From the NCBI GenBank assembly GCA_003211695.1, contig QCSA01000001.1, positions 35,116-99,115 of the forward strand: a stretch of DNA of 64,000 bases, in the 5' to 3' direction. The stretch's first letter is position 1; each line of letters starts with the position of its first letter. Below the pieces are notes generated by a model. It saw only the letters and a program-made list of their open reading frames with translations. It was not told the origin of the DNA and made no database searches. Below are positions 45,269-55,227 of this stretch, piece by piece. The stretch comes from Pelagibacteraceae bacterium AG-464-P07 (GTDB lineage Bacteria; Pseudomonadota; Alphaproteobacteria; Pelagibacterales; Pelagibacteraceae). Position numbers and translations under genes: made by a program.

Positions 45269-47428
45269 ATGGAAATTTTAAAAAAATATCCAAAGTCATT
45301 TCAGTGGTTATTTTTATTAATTGTTTTTTTTGCTTTATGTTTTGCGATAGATGTTCCAGAGGGTTATAAATTTATAAGGTCTGTAGCTGAATTTACAAAA
45401 GATCCAAATCTAAGTTCTTATAATTTTTTTGGCATAGAAGTTAGATATTATGGATATGAAACTCTTTGGAGGTTGCCACCATTTCTTGGATGGCTTCCAG
45501 TTTGGGTACATAATTCATTGTTTTTTTTATTAAACGATTGGATGCCAATTGAGTTTTGGAATGCTGATATTCAAGAGTATCAAACGCGACCATTAGTTCT
45601 GCAAATTACCAGAATGATTTCAGCTTCCATGCTTTTTTTAATTGAATTTATTCGTGAAATTTTAATTGGAGGAATTAAGACCGTTGTCGCATTTACAAGT
45701 TGGGATTGGATTGATGCAAACCCATGGGCGGAATTACCTGGACTTCCTTGGACTATAGTTACCGCTGGAGCAATTATATTGGGTTATAAACTTAATGGAA
45801 AAGGTCTTGCAATACTTGCAGGTATTACCATGATTTATATTTCTGTATTTGGTCAGTGGAAACCTTCAATGGAGACGCTTTCATTTGTGTTGGTTGCTGC
45901 ACCAATTTCTTTTCTCCTTGGTTTGGCCTTAGGGATTTGGTCGTATAAAAGCAAAAGGATTGAAGCAATATTAAATCCTATACTCAATGTAATGCAGACC
46001 ATGCCTCACTATGCTTATCTGGTTCCGATAATGGTACTGTTTGGAGTTGGAGATCATGCCGGAGCAATTGCAACAATAATTTTTGCAACACCACCAATGG
46101 TACGTCTGACTTTGTTGGGACTTAGAAAGGTATCTCCAGAAGTTGTTCAAGCCGGAAAGATGAGTGGCTGTAACGAATTTCAACTTTTATTTAAAGTATT
46201 AATTCCAACTGCGAGACGTGACATTTTAATTGGTGTGAACCAAGTCATCATGCAGTGTTTGGCCATGGCGGTTATTGCATCTTTTATAGGCGCTAAGGGA
46301 TTAGGTTGGAATCTATTGCTGGCCTTAAATCAACTTAGAATTGGTTTAGCTTTAGAAGCGGGTATTTGTATTAGTCTAATTGCAGTACTTTTAGATAAAA
46401 TGTCTTTAGCTTGGGCACATAAACAAACAGATTATTTTGCCAACCTTACTTTTTTCCAGCGTCATAAATATGGATTATTTTTTGTTGGGGCAGTAATAGT
46501 TGGATTAATACTTGCCTCCTTTGGATCTTTTTATTTTAAAGAAGGTTTTAACTACCTGTATGAGGTTCCACATAACAAAGGAATATCAGGCGAACCTTTC
46601 TGGAATGCAGGGGTTGATTGGATTTGGGATACTTTCTTTTACCAATTAAAAATTTTTAATACATGGCTGATTGTAGACGTACTACAACCAATGAGAGCTG
46701 CTTACCTAAGGATGCCAGTTGTTGCAACGTTTGTTTTGGTTATGGGTACCGGTTATATAATCGGTGGTATCCGATCAGCGCTTGTAGTCGGTAGCTTTAC
46801 ATTATTTATTGCTCTAACCCCATGGTGGGATAGAGCTTTAGTCACAGCTTACATGGCGACTTGTGGTGTAATTGCATCAGGTGTCATCGGAATAATCACT
46901 GGTTCTTTGGCCGCACAAAACACAACTAGTACAAAAATTACTTTAGGGATTTGTGATACTCTCCAAACATTTCCATCCTTTGTTTATTTAATTCCTGTTA
47001 TGATGCTTTTTGGCGTGACTGACACATCGGTGTTAATTGCTGTGATCATTTACGCAACTATTCCTGCAACCCGTTACACTATTGAGGGGCTTCGTAGTGT
47101 TCCGTCAGCTTTACACGATGCAGCTTCGATGTCGGGTGTAACACGCTTACAAAGATTACTTCAGATTGAATTTCCTTTAGCATTTCCTCATATCATGCTT
47201 GGAATTAATCAAACAGTGGTCTTCGCATTATTTATGGTAATTATTGGAGCTTTTATTGGAACAGAAGATTTAGGTCAATATATTTTGAAAGCTTTATCTG
47301 ATAATAAAGGTGGCGGTAAAGGACTAATCCTTGGTCTCTGTGTTGCATTTATTGGTTTAGCTGTTGATAATTTAATTCGTACTTGGGCAAACAAACGAAA
47401 AAAATTGTTAGGATTAGAAGAATATTAA
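45269..47428 (+). CDS. tmoV: Fused double-domain ABC permease, ProW/OpuAB-like (TmoV candidate)
   Basis: 719 aa with two binding-protein-dependent transport permease modules (two EAA-like loops: VSPEVVQAGKMSG and VPSALHDAASMSG). Confidence 0.85.
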   Translation: MEILKKYPKSFQWLFLLIVFFALCFAIDVPEGYKFIRSVAEFTKDPNLSSYNFFGIEVRYYGYETLWRLPPFLGWLPVWVHNSLFFLLNDWMPIEFWNADIQEYQTRPLVLQITRMISASMLFLIEFIREILIGGIKTVVAFTSWDWIDANPWAELPGLPWTIVTAGAIILGYKLNGKGLAILAGITMIYISVFGQWKPSMETLSFVLVAAPISFLLGLALGIWSYKSKRIEAILNPILNVMQTMPHYAYLVPIMVLFGVGDHAGAIATIIFATPPMVRLTLLGLRKVSPEVVQAGKMSGCNEFQLLFKVLIPTARRDILIGVNQVIMQCLAMAVIASFIGAKGLGWNLLLALNQLRIGLALEAGICISLIAVLLDKMSLAWAHKQTDYFANLTFFQRHKYGLFFVGAVIVGLILASFGSFYFKEGFNYLYEVPHNKGISGEPFWNAGVDWIWDTFFYQLKIFNTWLIVDVLQPMRAAYLRMPVVATFVLVMGTGYIIGGIRSALVVGSFTLFIALTPWWDRALVTAYMATCGVIASGVIGIITGSLAAQNTTSTKITLGICDTLQTFPSFVYLIPVMMLFGVTDTSVLIAVIIYATIPATRYTIEGLRSVPSALHDAASMSGVTRLQRLLQIEFPLAFPHIMLGINQTVVFALFMVIIGAFIGTEDLGQYILKALSDNKGGGKGLILGLCVAFIGLAVDNLIRTWANKRKKLLGLEEY

Positions 47429-47432
47429 ATTA

Positions 47433-48911
47433 GTGAAAAGATTTATTGTTGCAATAGATCAGGGCACAACTTCAAGCAGAGCAATATTATTTAGTTTATC
47501 TGGCAAACCTGTTTATTCTTCTCAAAAAGAATTTAGACAATATTTTCCTAAAGATGGATGGGTTGAACATAATCCCAATGAAATTTGGAATACAACGAAA
47601 AAAGTATTGATAGATGTAATTAATAAAAGCAAAAGGTTAAAAGGAAAAATTTTAACCATTGGTATTACCAACCAAAGAGAAACAACCATTCTTTGGGAAA
47701 AAAAAACAGGAAAACCAATTTATAATGCTATTGTGTGGCAAGATAGAAGAACTGCTGAATTTTGTAAAAAATTTAAAACAAACAATAAAGAAAAAATTAT
47801 TAATAGAAAAACTGGCTTACTAATTGATCCATATTTTTCAGGAACAAAAATAAAATGGATACTAGATAATGTTCCAAAAGCAAAAAAATTAGCAAAAAAT
47901 AACAATCTTCTTTTTGGTACGGTTGATACTTTTTTGTTATGGAAACTAACAAAAGGTAAGTTACATGCTACGGATGCTACTAACGCATGTAGAACAATGC
48001 TATTTAATATTTCTACTAATAAATGGGATAAGGATATTCTAAAAAGTTTGAAAATTCCAAAAAATATTCTTCCTCAAGTTAAAGATTCTTCAGATGATTT
48101 TGGCTTAACCGATAAATCTATAATTGGAAAATCTTATCCAATAAATGGAGTTGTTGGAGATCAACAGGCAGCAACAATTGGACAATCTTGTTTTACAAAA
48201 GGATCTGTGAAAAGTACTTATGGAACAGGAGCATTTGTATTAATGAATACTGGAAATAAAAAAATATATTCAAAAAATAAATTACTAACTACGATCTGTT
48301 ATCGACTTAATGGAAAAATAACTTATGCGCTTGAAGGTTCAATATTTATTGCGGGAGCAGGGATTCAATGGTTAAGAGATAAAATAAAACTTATTAGTAG
48401 TGCTGCTGAAACGGAAAAAATTGTTAAATCTTTAAAAACTAATAATGGAATTTATTTAGTACCAGCTTTTACAGGATTAGGAGCACCTTATTGGAATCCA
48501 AATTCAAGAGGTATTATCTGTGGTTTGACAAGAGACACCAGTCAAAAAGAAATTGTAAGGGCAACTCTCGAGTCAGTGGCTTATCAATCTTATGATTTAT
48601 TCAATGCAATGAAAAATGACGGCCTTAAGCCAAATTTAATTAAAGTTGACGGAGGGATGGTAAAAAATAACTGGTTTTCTCAATTCTTATCAAATGTAAT
48701 TGATATAAAAGTTGTTAGACCGAAAGTTCAAGAAACAACCGCTTTAGGCGCCGCTTTTATGGCCGGGTTAAAAATTGGTGTTTATAAATCGTTGTCAGAT
48801 ATTTCTAAAAATTGGAAAATAGATCGGAAATTTGTACCAAAAATAAGTAAATCAAACCGTACTAAGCTGTTGAAAGGTTGGCAGCAAGCAATTAGAAAAA
48901 CTTTAATATAA
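47433..48911 (+). CDS. glpK: Glycerol kinase
   Basis: IDQGTTSSR, GITNQRETT, WQDRRT and GDQQAA motifs; GTG start. Confidence 0.93.
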   Translation: MKRFIVAIDQGTTSSRAILFSLSGKPVYSSQKEFRQYFPKDGWVEHNPNEIWNTTKKVLIDVINKSKRLKGKILTIGITNQRETTILWEKKTGKPIYNAIVWQDRRTAEFCKKFKTNNKEKIINRKTGLLIDPYFSGTKIKWILDNVPKAKKLAKNNNLLFGTVDTFLLWKLTKGKLHATDATNACRTMLFNISTNKWDKDILKSLKIPKNILPQVKDSSDDFGLTDKSIIGKSYPINGVVGDQQAATIGQSCFTKGSVKSTYGTGAFVLMNTGNKKIYSKNKLLTTICYRLNGKITYALEGSIFIAGAGIQWLRDKIKLISSAAETEKIVKSLKTNNGIYLVPAFTGLGAPYWNPNSRGIICGLTRDTSQKEIVRATLESVAYQSYDLFNAMKNDGLKPNLIKVDGGMVKNNWFSQFLSNVIDIKVVRPKVQETTALGAAFMAGLKIGVYKSLSDISKNWKIDRKFVPKISKSNRTKLLKGWQQAIRKTLI

Positions 48912-48923
48912 TAAATATTAAAA

Positions 48924-49952
48924 ATGAAAAAAATATTAGTTTTAGGTGCAGGAGCAATGGGTTCGGCATTTACAGTTCCATGTGCTGAAAATAGAAACGA
49001 AATTTCTTTAATCGGCACTCATTTAGAAGATGAGTTAGTTGATAATTTAAATAAGAATAATTTTTTGCATCCAGCTTTAAATACACATCTTCCAAAAAAA
49101 ATTAAAATATCAAAATTTGAAAAATTTGATGAAGAGTTGAAATCAAATCCAGATATTGTTGTTTTAGCAATTAGTTCAAAGGGAATTGATTGGGCATGTG
49201 AACAATTAATAAAAAATTACTCCAAAGATCATCGTTTTGTTTTACTTACTAAAGGCTTGACTTTAATGGATAATAAAATCAGCACGATTTCATCAAAAAT
49301 TAATTCAATTTTTAAAAAAAAAGATTTATCTGAGCAAAACTTATCATCAGTTAAAGGGCCTTGTTTAGCAACTGGGTTGGCAAATAAAATAAGAACTAGC
49401 ACAGTAATTGCGAATAAAAATATTTCCATAGCTAAAGAAATAAGTGAAATTGTATCAACCGACTATTACAGGACTGAAATTTCAGAAGATATTATAGGAG
49501 TGGAAATAGCTGGTGCTATTAAAAATATTTATTCAATGTTGATTGGGGCATCCATCGGCCTAAGTGGTGAAAAAATAAAAAAAGATATACAAGAAAAATA
49601 TTATCATAATACTGCTTCAACCTTATTCAAAAATGCATTAGCTGAAATGAAAAAATTTATTAAATTGATGGGTGGCAAAGAAGATACCGCCTATGGTTTA
49701 GCGGGGTTGGGAGATCTCTATGTAAGTGTTGCAGGAGGAAGAAACAGTATGATGGGTAAGTATTTAGGAAAAGGACATCTTTATTTAGATATAAAAGAAA
49801 AATTTATGAAAAATGTTACGGTTGAAGGAGCTGATTTAGCTCTTGAAATAGGTCCAAAAATTTTAAAGGATTTTAATAACAATGATTTCCCAATAATGTT
49901 TAGTTTAGTAAAATCAATTTGCGAAAATAAAAAACTAGAAATTAATTGGTAA
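48924..49952 (+). CDS. NAD(P)H-dependent glycerol-3-phosphate dehydrogenase-like
   Basis: LGAGAMGSAF Rossmann fold and GpsA-like central and C-terminal regions (GAIKNIY, GLGDL). It follows glpK by 12 nt. Confidence 0.7.
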   Translation: MKKILVLGAGAMGSAFTVPCAENRNEISLIGTHLEDELVDNLNKNNFLHPALNTHLPKKIKISKFEKFDEELKSNPDIVVLAISSKGIDWACEQLIKNYSKDHRFVLLTKGLTLMDNKISTISSKINSIFKKKDLSEQNLSSVKGPCLATGLANKIRTSTVIANKNISIAKEISEIVSTDYYRTEISEDIIGVEIAGAIKNIYSMLIGASIGLSGEKIKKDIQEKYYHNTASTLFKNALAEMKKFIKLMGGKEDTAYGLAGLGDLYVSVAGGRNSMMGKYLGKGHLYLDIKEKFMKNVTVEGADLALEIGPKILKDFNNNDFPIMFSLVKSICENKKLEINW

Positions 49953-51113
49953 ATGGATTCAAACTGGAATTATCCCACAACTATTTGGGTTGGAGAAGGA
50001 AGAATAAAAGATCTTTATTTAGCTTGTAATCAACTTAAATTTAAAAAGCCTTTATTTGTCACAGACAATGATCTCGCTCAGTCTCAAATGGTAAAAGAAA
50101 TAATTAAAGATTTAAATCAAAAATCTTTATCTATTAATATTTTTTCTAACGTGAAAGGTAATCCTGTAGGATCAAATGTTTCTGAAGGTGTTGAAGCTTA
50201 TAAAAAAGGTAACCATGATGGAGTAATTGCTTTTGGGGGCGGTAGTGGATTGGATGTTGGAAAAGCAGTTGCTTTTATGTCTGTTCAATCAAGACCTATA
50301 TGGGATTTTGAAGATATAGGAGATTATTGGACCAGAGCTAATTCAGATGGTATTGCACCAATAATTGCTGTTCCTACAACAGCTGGAACAGGATCTGAAA
50401 CTGGCAGGGCCTCAGCAATAGTAAATGAACAAACAGGTGTAAAAAAAATAATTTTTCATCCAAAAATTTTACCATCAATAGTAATTTTAGATCCAGTTTT
50501 AACCGTTGGTTTATCTCCAAAACTTACTGCAGCTACAGGAATGGATGCTTTAGCACATAATCTAGAAGCATTTTGTGTTTCAGGTTTTCATCCAATGGCA
50601 GATGGAATAGCTCTTGAAGGAATGTATTTAATAAAAAAATGGTTAACAACTGCAGTCAAAGATGGAAAAAATTTACAAGCAAGATCTAACATGTTGGTAG
50701 CAGCAAGCATGGGATCAACTGCATTTCAAAAAGGTTTGGGGGCAATCCATTCACTAAGTCACCCGGTTAATTCTTTATTCAATGTTCATCATGGATTATC
50801 TAATGCAATATTTATGCCTTATGTATTAACGTATAATAAAAAGAAAATTGAACATAAAATAATTAAATTGAGCAAATACTTGGAACTAAAAGAAAAAACA
50901 TTTGATTGTTTTTTAAACTGGATTTTAGAACTTAGAATAGAACTTAAAATACCCCACAAATTATCTGATGTTGCTAAGATTACAACGAAAGATCTTGATA
51001 AATTGTCATTAATGGCATTAGAAGACCCATCTACAACGGGAAATCCAAAAAAACTTCAACTAAAAGATATGAAAATTATGTACGAACATAGCCTAAATGG
51101 ACAGTTGTTTTAA
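49953..51113 (+). CDS. Iron-containing (type III) alcohol dehydrogenase
   Basis: GGGSGLDVGKA, VPTTAGTGSE and the metal-binding His pair in AIHSLSHP. Confidence 0.85.
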   Translation: MDSNWNYPTTIWVGEGRIKDLYLACNQLKFKKPLFVTDNDLAQSQMVKEIIKDLNQKSLSINIFSNVKGNPVGSNVSEGVEAYKKGNHDGVIAFGGGSGLDVGKAVAFMSVQSRPIWDFEDIGDYWTRANSDGIAPIIAVPTTAGTGSETGRASAIVNEQTGVKKIIFHPKILPSIVILDPVLTVGLSPKLTAATGMDALAHNLEAFCVSGFHPMADGIALEGMYLIKKWLTTAVKDGKNLQARSNMLVAASMGSTAFQKGLGAIHSLSHPVNSLFNVHHGLSNAIFMPYVLTYNKKKIEHKIIKLSKYLELKEKTFDCFLNWILELRIELKIPHKLSDVAKITTKDLDKLSLMALEDPSTTGNPKKLQLKDMKIMYEHSLNGQLF

Positions 51114-51117
51114 TTAT

Positions 51118-51915
51118 ATGACAAAATTAAAAATATTAGTTGTTGAAGGGAATGTTGCTGAAGAAAATATTAATTTTCAAAAAGCAGGTTGTGTTGCACA
51201 ATCAGAAAATTTTAGTCAACATGTTAAAGTGTTTGAGCCCAATAGCGAAATAGATATTGTTGAGCCAGGCAATGATAGTTCTATTTCAAAAATTATTTCT
51301 TCATTAAACAAATACAATGGAATTATTTTAACAGGCAGCACTTTACGAGTTAATGATAACAGTAGTGAAATTAAAAAACATATAGAATTTGCTAAAACAT
51401 GTTTTAAATATAACAATTTTTTTTTTGCAGCTTGTTGGGGATTACAGGTAACAGTAACCGCCGCAGGTGGTAAATGTAGAGTTGCTCCAAAAGGACCACA
51501 TATTGGTATTGCTTATGATATCGAGCTTACAGAGGAAGGAAAAAAACATAGACTTTATTCTTCTAAACCTAACAAATTCACATCTCCTGGATTTAATTTT
51601 GATGAAGTAGAAATTCCACCAAATAACGCTGTTCTACTTGCAACTGATAAGATTAATAAATTTCAAGCTCTTCACTTTAAAGTTGGTAATTCTGAGATTT
51701 GGGGATTGCAATACCATCCAGAAATACCTTACGATTATATGATTAAATTGATCAAACATAGAAAACAAAGATTATTAAATATAAAAAGTTTCAAAAATGA
51801 AAAAGAAATTCAACAACACATTGCCTTAATAGAGCAAGAGAAAAACAAACTTACTGATGAGATGCGTACTTTAGAATTGAAAAATTGGTTAAACTATCTC
51901 AAGGAGCGTAATTAA
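51118..51915 (+). CDS. Class I glutamine amidotransferase-like protein
   Basis: Nucleophile elbow AACWG and the GLQYHPE His-Glu motif. The ATG at 51118 is preferred. Confidence 0.7.
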   Translation: MTKLKILVVEGNVAEENINFQKAGCVAQSENFSQHVKVFEPNSEIDIVEPGNDSSISKIISSLNKYNGIILTGSTLRVNDNSSEIKKHIEFAKTCFKYNNFFFAACWGLQVTVTAAGGKCRVAPKGPHIGIAYDIELTEEGKKHRLYSSKPNKFTSPGFNFDEVEIPPNNAVLLATDKINKFQALHFKVGNSEIWGLQYHPEIPYDYMIKLIKHRKQRLLNIKSFKNEKEIQQHIALIEQEKNKLTDEMRTLELKNWLNYLKERN

Positions 51916-53603
51916 AATAAACCTTCTATTTCACCTTTATTATTTAGTTTAATAGAGTTTGCAGCAGGAACTCTAGGAAGTCCCGGCATAGTCATGATTG
52001 CTCCACATATAACAACTATGAATTCAGCACCACTAGATAATTTTATTTCTCTAATTGGCAGAACATGTCCTGAAGGAGCTCCTTTTAAATTTGGATCGGT
52101 TGAAAAACTATATTGTGTTTTAGCTATACAAATAGGTAATTTACCAAACCCTTTCTCATGAATTGTTTTTAGTTGTTCTCTTATTTTAGTATCTGCCACT
52201 ACTTCACTTGCTCCATATATTTCTTTCGCAATAATTTCTATTTTCTGCCAAAGATTAATATCGTTTGAATATAATAATTTAAAATCCTCTTTTTTTGCCT
52301 TTTTACAAAGCTCTATGACATGATTTGCAAGCTCCCTGGTTCCTTCTCCACCTTTTGACCAATGCATACAAAGATTTGCTTTAACACCAAGTTTAGAGCA
52401 ATGTTCTTCAATGATTTTAACTTCTTTGTCGGTATCAGTAGTAAAATGATTAATAGCAACAGTAACTTGTAAACCAAATTTTTTAACATTTGTAATATGG
52501 CGTTCAAGATTGGGTAGACCTTTTTTAAGTGCCTCAATATTTTCTTTTTTTAATTCGTCCTTTTTTACACCACCATGCATTTTTAATGCTCTAACTGTAG
52601 CAACAAGTACAGCACAATTTGGTTGAATGCCTGCTTTACGACATTTAATATTCAAGAACTTTTCAGCACCAAGGTCAGCTCCAAAACCCGCTTCTGTAAC
52701 AACATATTCAGATAATTTCAAAGCCGCCTTTGTTGCAATGATTGAATTGCATCCATGAGCTATATTACCAAAAGGACCACCATGAATAATCGCAGGATTG
52801 TTTTCAAGAGTTTGAGTAACATTAGGTCTGATGGCTTCTCTTAATAGTACTGTCATTGGACCTTGAGCATTTAAATCTTTTGCGTAGATTGGTTTTTTTT
52901 CTCTAGTATAAGCGATAGTAATATTTCCAATTTTTTCTTCTAGATCTTTCAAGTTATTGGATAAGCAGAAAATTGCCATGATTTCAGACGCAACAGTAAT
53001 GTCAAACCCATCTTCTCTTGGAAAACCATTCGCTACGCCACCTAAATTAATATTTATGGACCGCAGAGCGCGATCATTTAAATCAATTACTCTTTTCCAT
53101 TCAATTCTTCTGATATCAATATTTAATTTATTTCCCCAGTAAATATGATTGTCTATTAATGCAGATAGAAGATTGTGAGCACAAGTTATAGCATGAAAGT
53201 CACCTGTAAAATGTAAATTAATTTGTTCCATCGGAACAACTTGAGCGTAACCTCCTCCAGCAGCACCACCTTTCATTCCAAAAGAGGGGCCAAGACTTGG
53301 TTCTCTTAAGCAAACAACTGATTTTTTTCCAATCTTATTTAATCCATCACTTAAACCTACTGAAGTAGTAGTTTTTCCCTCACCAGCAGGAGTAGGAGTA
53401 ATCGCTGTGACCAAAATTAAATTGCTATTTTTTTCTTTTAATTTGTCGATATACTCTAAATTCAATTTTGCAATATGACGACCCATAGGACTATAAGAAC
53501 TTGGCTCATCCGGTACATTGAGTGTTGCAAGAACGTCCTTAATAGGCTTCATTTTTGCTGCTCTTGCGATTTCAATATCCGATTTTACATTGCTCATCGG
53601 CAC
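51912..53603 (-). CDS. fhs: Formate-tetrahydrofolate ligase
   Basis: [12 protein letters not shown] and other highly conserved FTHFS sequence throughout; 563 aa. Confidence 0.95.
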   Translation of the reverse strand: MPMSNVKSDIEIARAAKMKPIKDVLATLNVPDEPSSYSPMGRHIAKLNLEYIDKLKEKNSNLILVTAITPTPAGEGKTTTSVGLSDGLNKIGKKSVVCLREPSLGPSFGMKGGAAGGGYAQVVPMEQINLHFTGDFHAITCAHNLLSALIDNHIYWGNKLNIDIRRIEWKRVIDLNDRALRSININLGGVANGFPREDGFDITVASEIMAIFCLSNNLKDLEEKIGNITIAYTREKKPIYAKDLNAQGPMTVLLREAIRPNVTQTLENNPAIIHGGPFGNIAHGCNSIIATKAALKLSEYVVTEAGFGADLGAEKFLNIKCRKAGIQPNCAVLVATVRALKMHGGVKKDELKKENIEALKKGLPNLERHITNVKKFGLQVTVAINHFTTDTDKEVKIIEEHCSKLGVKANLCMHWSKGGEGTRELANHVIELCKKAKKEDFKLLYSNDINLWQKIEIIAKEIYGASEVVADTKIREQLKTIHEKGFGKLPICIAKTQYSFSTDPNLKGAPSGHVLPIREIKLSSGAEFIVVICGAIMTMPGLPRVPAANSIKLNNKGEIEGLF

Positions 53604-53694
53604 TCCTATATATAAAAAAGTGAACTATGTATACATTATTTGCAGGATCTTTTACAATTAGAAAAATTTCAAATGCTAATATAGTCTCGTTGCC

Positions 53695-54951
53695 ATGCAA
53701 AAATATTCCATATTCAGTCTAATAAAAAATTCCTTTAGCAATCATCAAAACTGGGAACCTGCCTGGAGGGATCCCGAACTAAAAAAAGAATATGATGTTG
53801 TAATTGTAGGTGGTGGTGGCCATGGACTAGCAACCGCTTATTATTTAGCTAAAGAACATAAAATTACAAACGTTGCAATTTTAGAAAAAGGTTGGATCGG
53901 CGGAGGAAATGTTGGAAGAAATACAACAATTCTTAGATCCAATTATATGTGGGATGCCAATGGACTTTTTTATGAATATGGAATGAAACTTTGGGAAAAT
54001 TTATCACAGGAATTAAATTATAACGTCATGTATTCACCTAGGGGGGTTATCAATCTAGCCCACTCAGATGCACAACTTAATGTATTTGCACGCAGAGGCA
54101 ATTCTATGAGATTAAATGGGATTGATGCAATAATGTTGAGTAAAGAAGAATTAATAACAAAAATTCCCTTTGCAGATTTTTCTAATTCTGCAAGATTTCC
54201 AATATTTGGAGCTTTAATGCAGCCCAAAGGAGGAACAGCTAGACACGATGCTGTTGCCTGGGGTTATGCAAGAGGAGCAGATAATCTAGGAGTTGATATA
54301 ATTCAACACTGTGAAGTTACAGGATTTGATGTTCAAAATGGAAAAATTATAGGGGTGCAAACTTCACGTGGAAATATTAAGACAAAAAAAATAGGTTTAT
54401 GTGTGGCTGGTAATACATCGTTACTAGCCTCAAAATTAAATATGAAACTTCCTATCGAGTCCCATGTACTTCAAGCCTGTGTTTCAGAGCCAGTAAAACC
54501 TTTTCTTGATCATGTAGTTACATTTGGAGCAGGTCACTTTTATTGTAGTCAATCTGATAAAGGTGAAATGGTTATGGGCGGAGATCTAGATGGATACAAT
54601 AGTTATGCACAAAGAGGAAACCTTCCAACCTTGCAACATGTATTATCTGAGGGAGTAGCCATGTTTCCAAATTTAAGTAGATTGAAAATGTTAAGAACCT
54701 GGGGCGGTATTATGGATATGTCTATGGATGGATCGCCTATTATTGACAAAACTCACATCGAAGGAGTTTATTTAAATTGTGGCTGGTGTTACGGTGGATT
54801 TAAAGCAACACCTGTATCAGGATGGACTTTTGCATATACTATTGCTCAAGATCATCCTCACGAATTAAATTCAAAATTTCGTCTAAATAGATTTCACACT
54901 GGTCATCTTATTGATGAAAAAGGCGTTGGCACAAAAACCTGGATAGGCTAA
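53695..54951 (+). CDS. soxB: Heterotetrameric sarcosine oxidase beta subunit (or N-methylglutamate dehydrogenase MgdA-type)
   Basis: VVIVGGGGHGLATAYYLA FAD fold; 418 aa; followed by delta, alpha and gamma subunits. Confidence 0.85.
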   Translation: MQKYSIFSLIKNSFSNHQNWEPAWRDPELKKEYDVVIVGGGGHGLATAYYLAKEHKITNVAILEKGWIGGGNVGRNTTILRSNYMWDANGLFYEYGMKLWENLSQELNYNVMYSPRGVINLAHSDAQLNVFARRGNSMRLNGIDAIMLSKEELITKIPFADFSNSARFPIFGALMQPKGGTARHDAVAWGYARGADNLGVDIIQHCEVTGFDVQNGKIIGVQTSRGNIKTKKIGLCVAGNTSLLASKLNMKLPIESHVLQACVSEPVKPFLDHVVTFGAGHFYCSQSDKGEMVMGGDLDGYNSYAQRGNLPTLQHVLSEGVAMFPNLSRLKMLRTWGGIMDMSMDGSPIIDKTHIEGVYLNCGWCYGGFKATPVSGWTFAYTIAQDHPHELNSKFRLNRFHTGHLIDEKGVGTKTWIG

Positions 54952-54954
54952 TAA

Positions 54955-55221
54955 ATGCTGGAAATCAAATGTCCTTACTGTGGTAAAAGATCTCAAAATG
55001 AATTTTCTTATGGAGGAGATGCAAAAATTAAAAGGCCAGAACTCGGTAAAGAAATTTCAGATAAAGAATGGGATAATTTTGTATATTATAGAGACAATCC
55101 AAAGGGCAAACATTCAGAACTATGGCATCACATTTCAGGCTGTAGACAGTGGTTTAAAGTTTCAAGAGATACTGCTTCACACGAAATTTTTAAGACAGCA
55201 AAATTAGATGAGGATTTATAA
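54955..55221 (+). CDS. soxD: Sarcosine oxidase delta subunit
   Basis: 88 aa with the zinc-ribbon-like CPYCG...H..GC motif typical of SoxD. Confidence 0.85.
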   Translation: MLEIKCPYCGKRSQNEFSYGGDAKIKRPELGKEISDKEWDNFVYYRDNPKGKHSELWHHISGCRQWFKVSRDTASHEIFKTAKLDEDL

Positions 55222-55227
55222 TTAATT

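Noticed and set aside
53628-53637. 10-bp palindrome ATGTATACAT in the fhs/soxB divergent spacer, and similar ATGTATA heptamers near 7071 and 30901.
   Set aside because: They are too short and AT-rich to distinguish from background by eye. They are kept only as a note for a formal motif search.
54980-55207. 75-aa same-strand alternative-frame ORF inside soxD.
   Set aside because: The soxD frame carries the conserved CPYCG zinc-ribbon motif and correct operon spacing. The alternative frame has no features.
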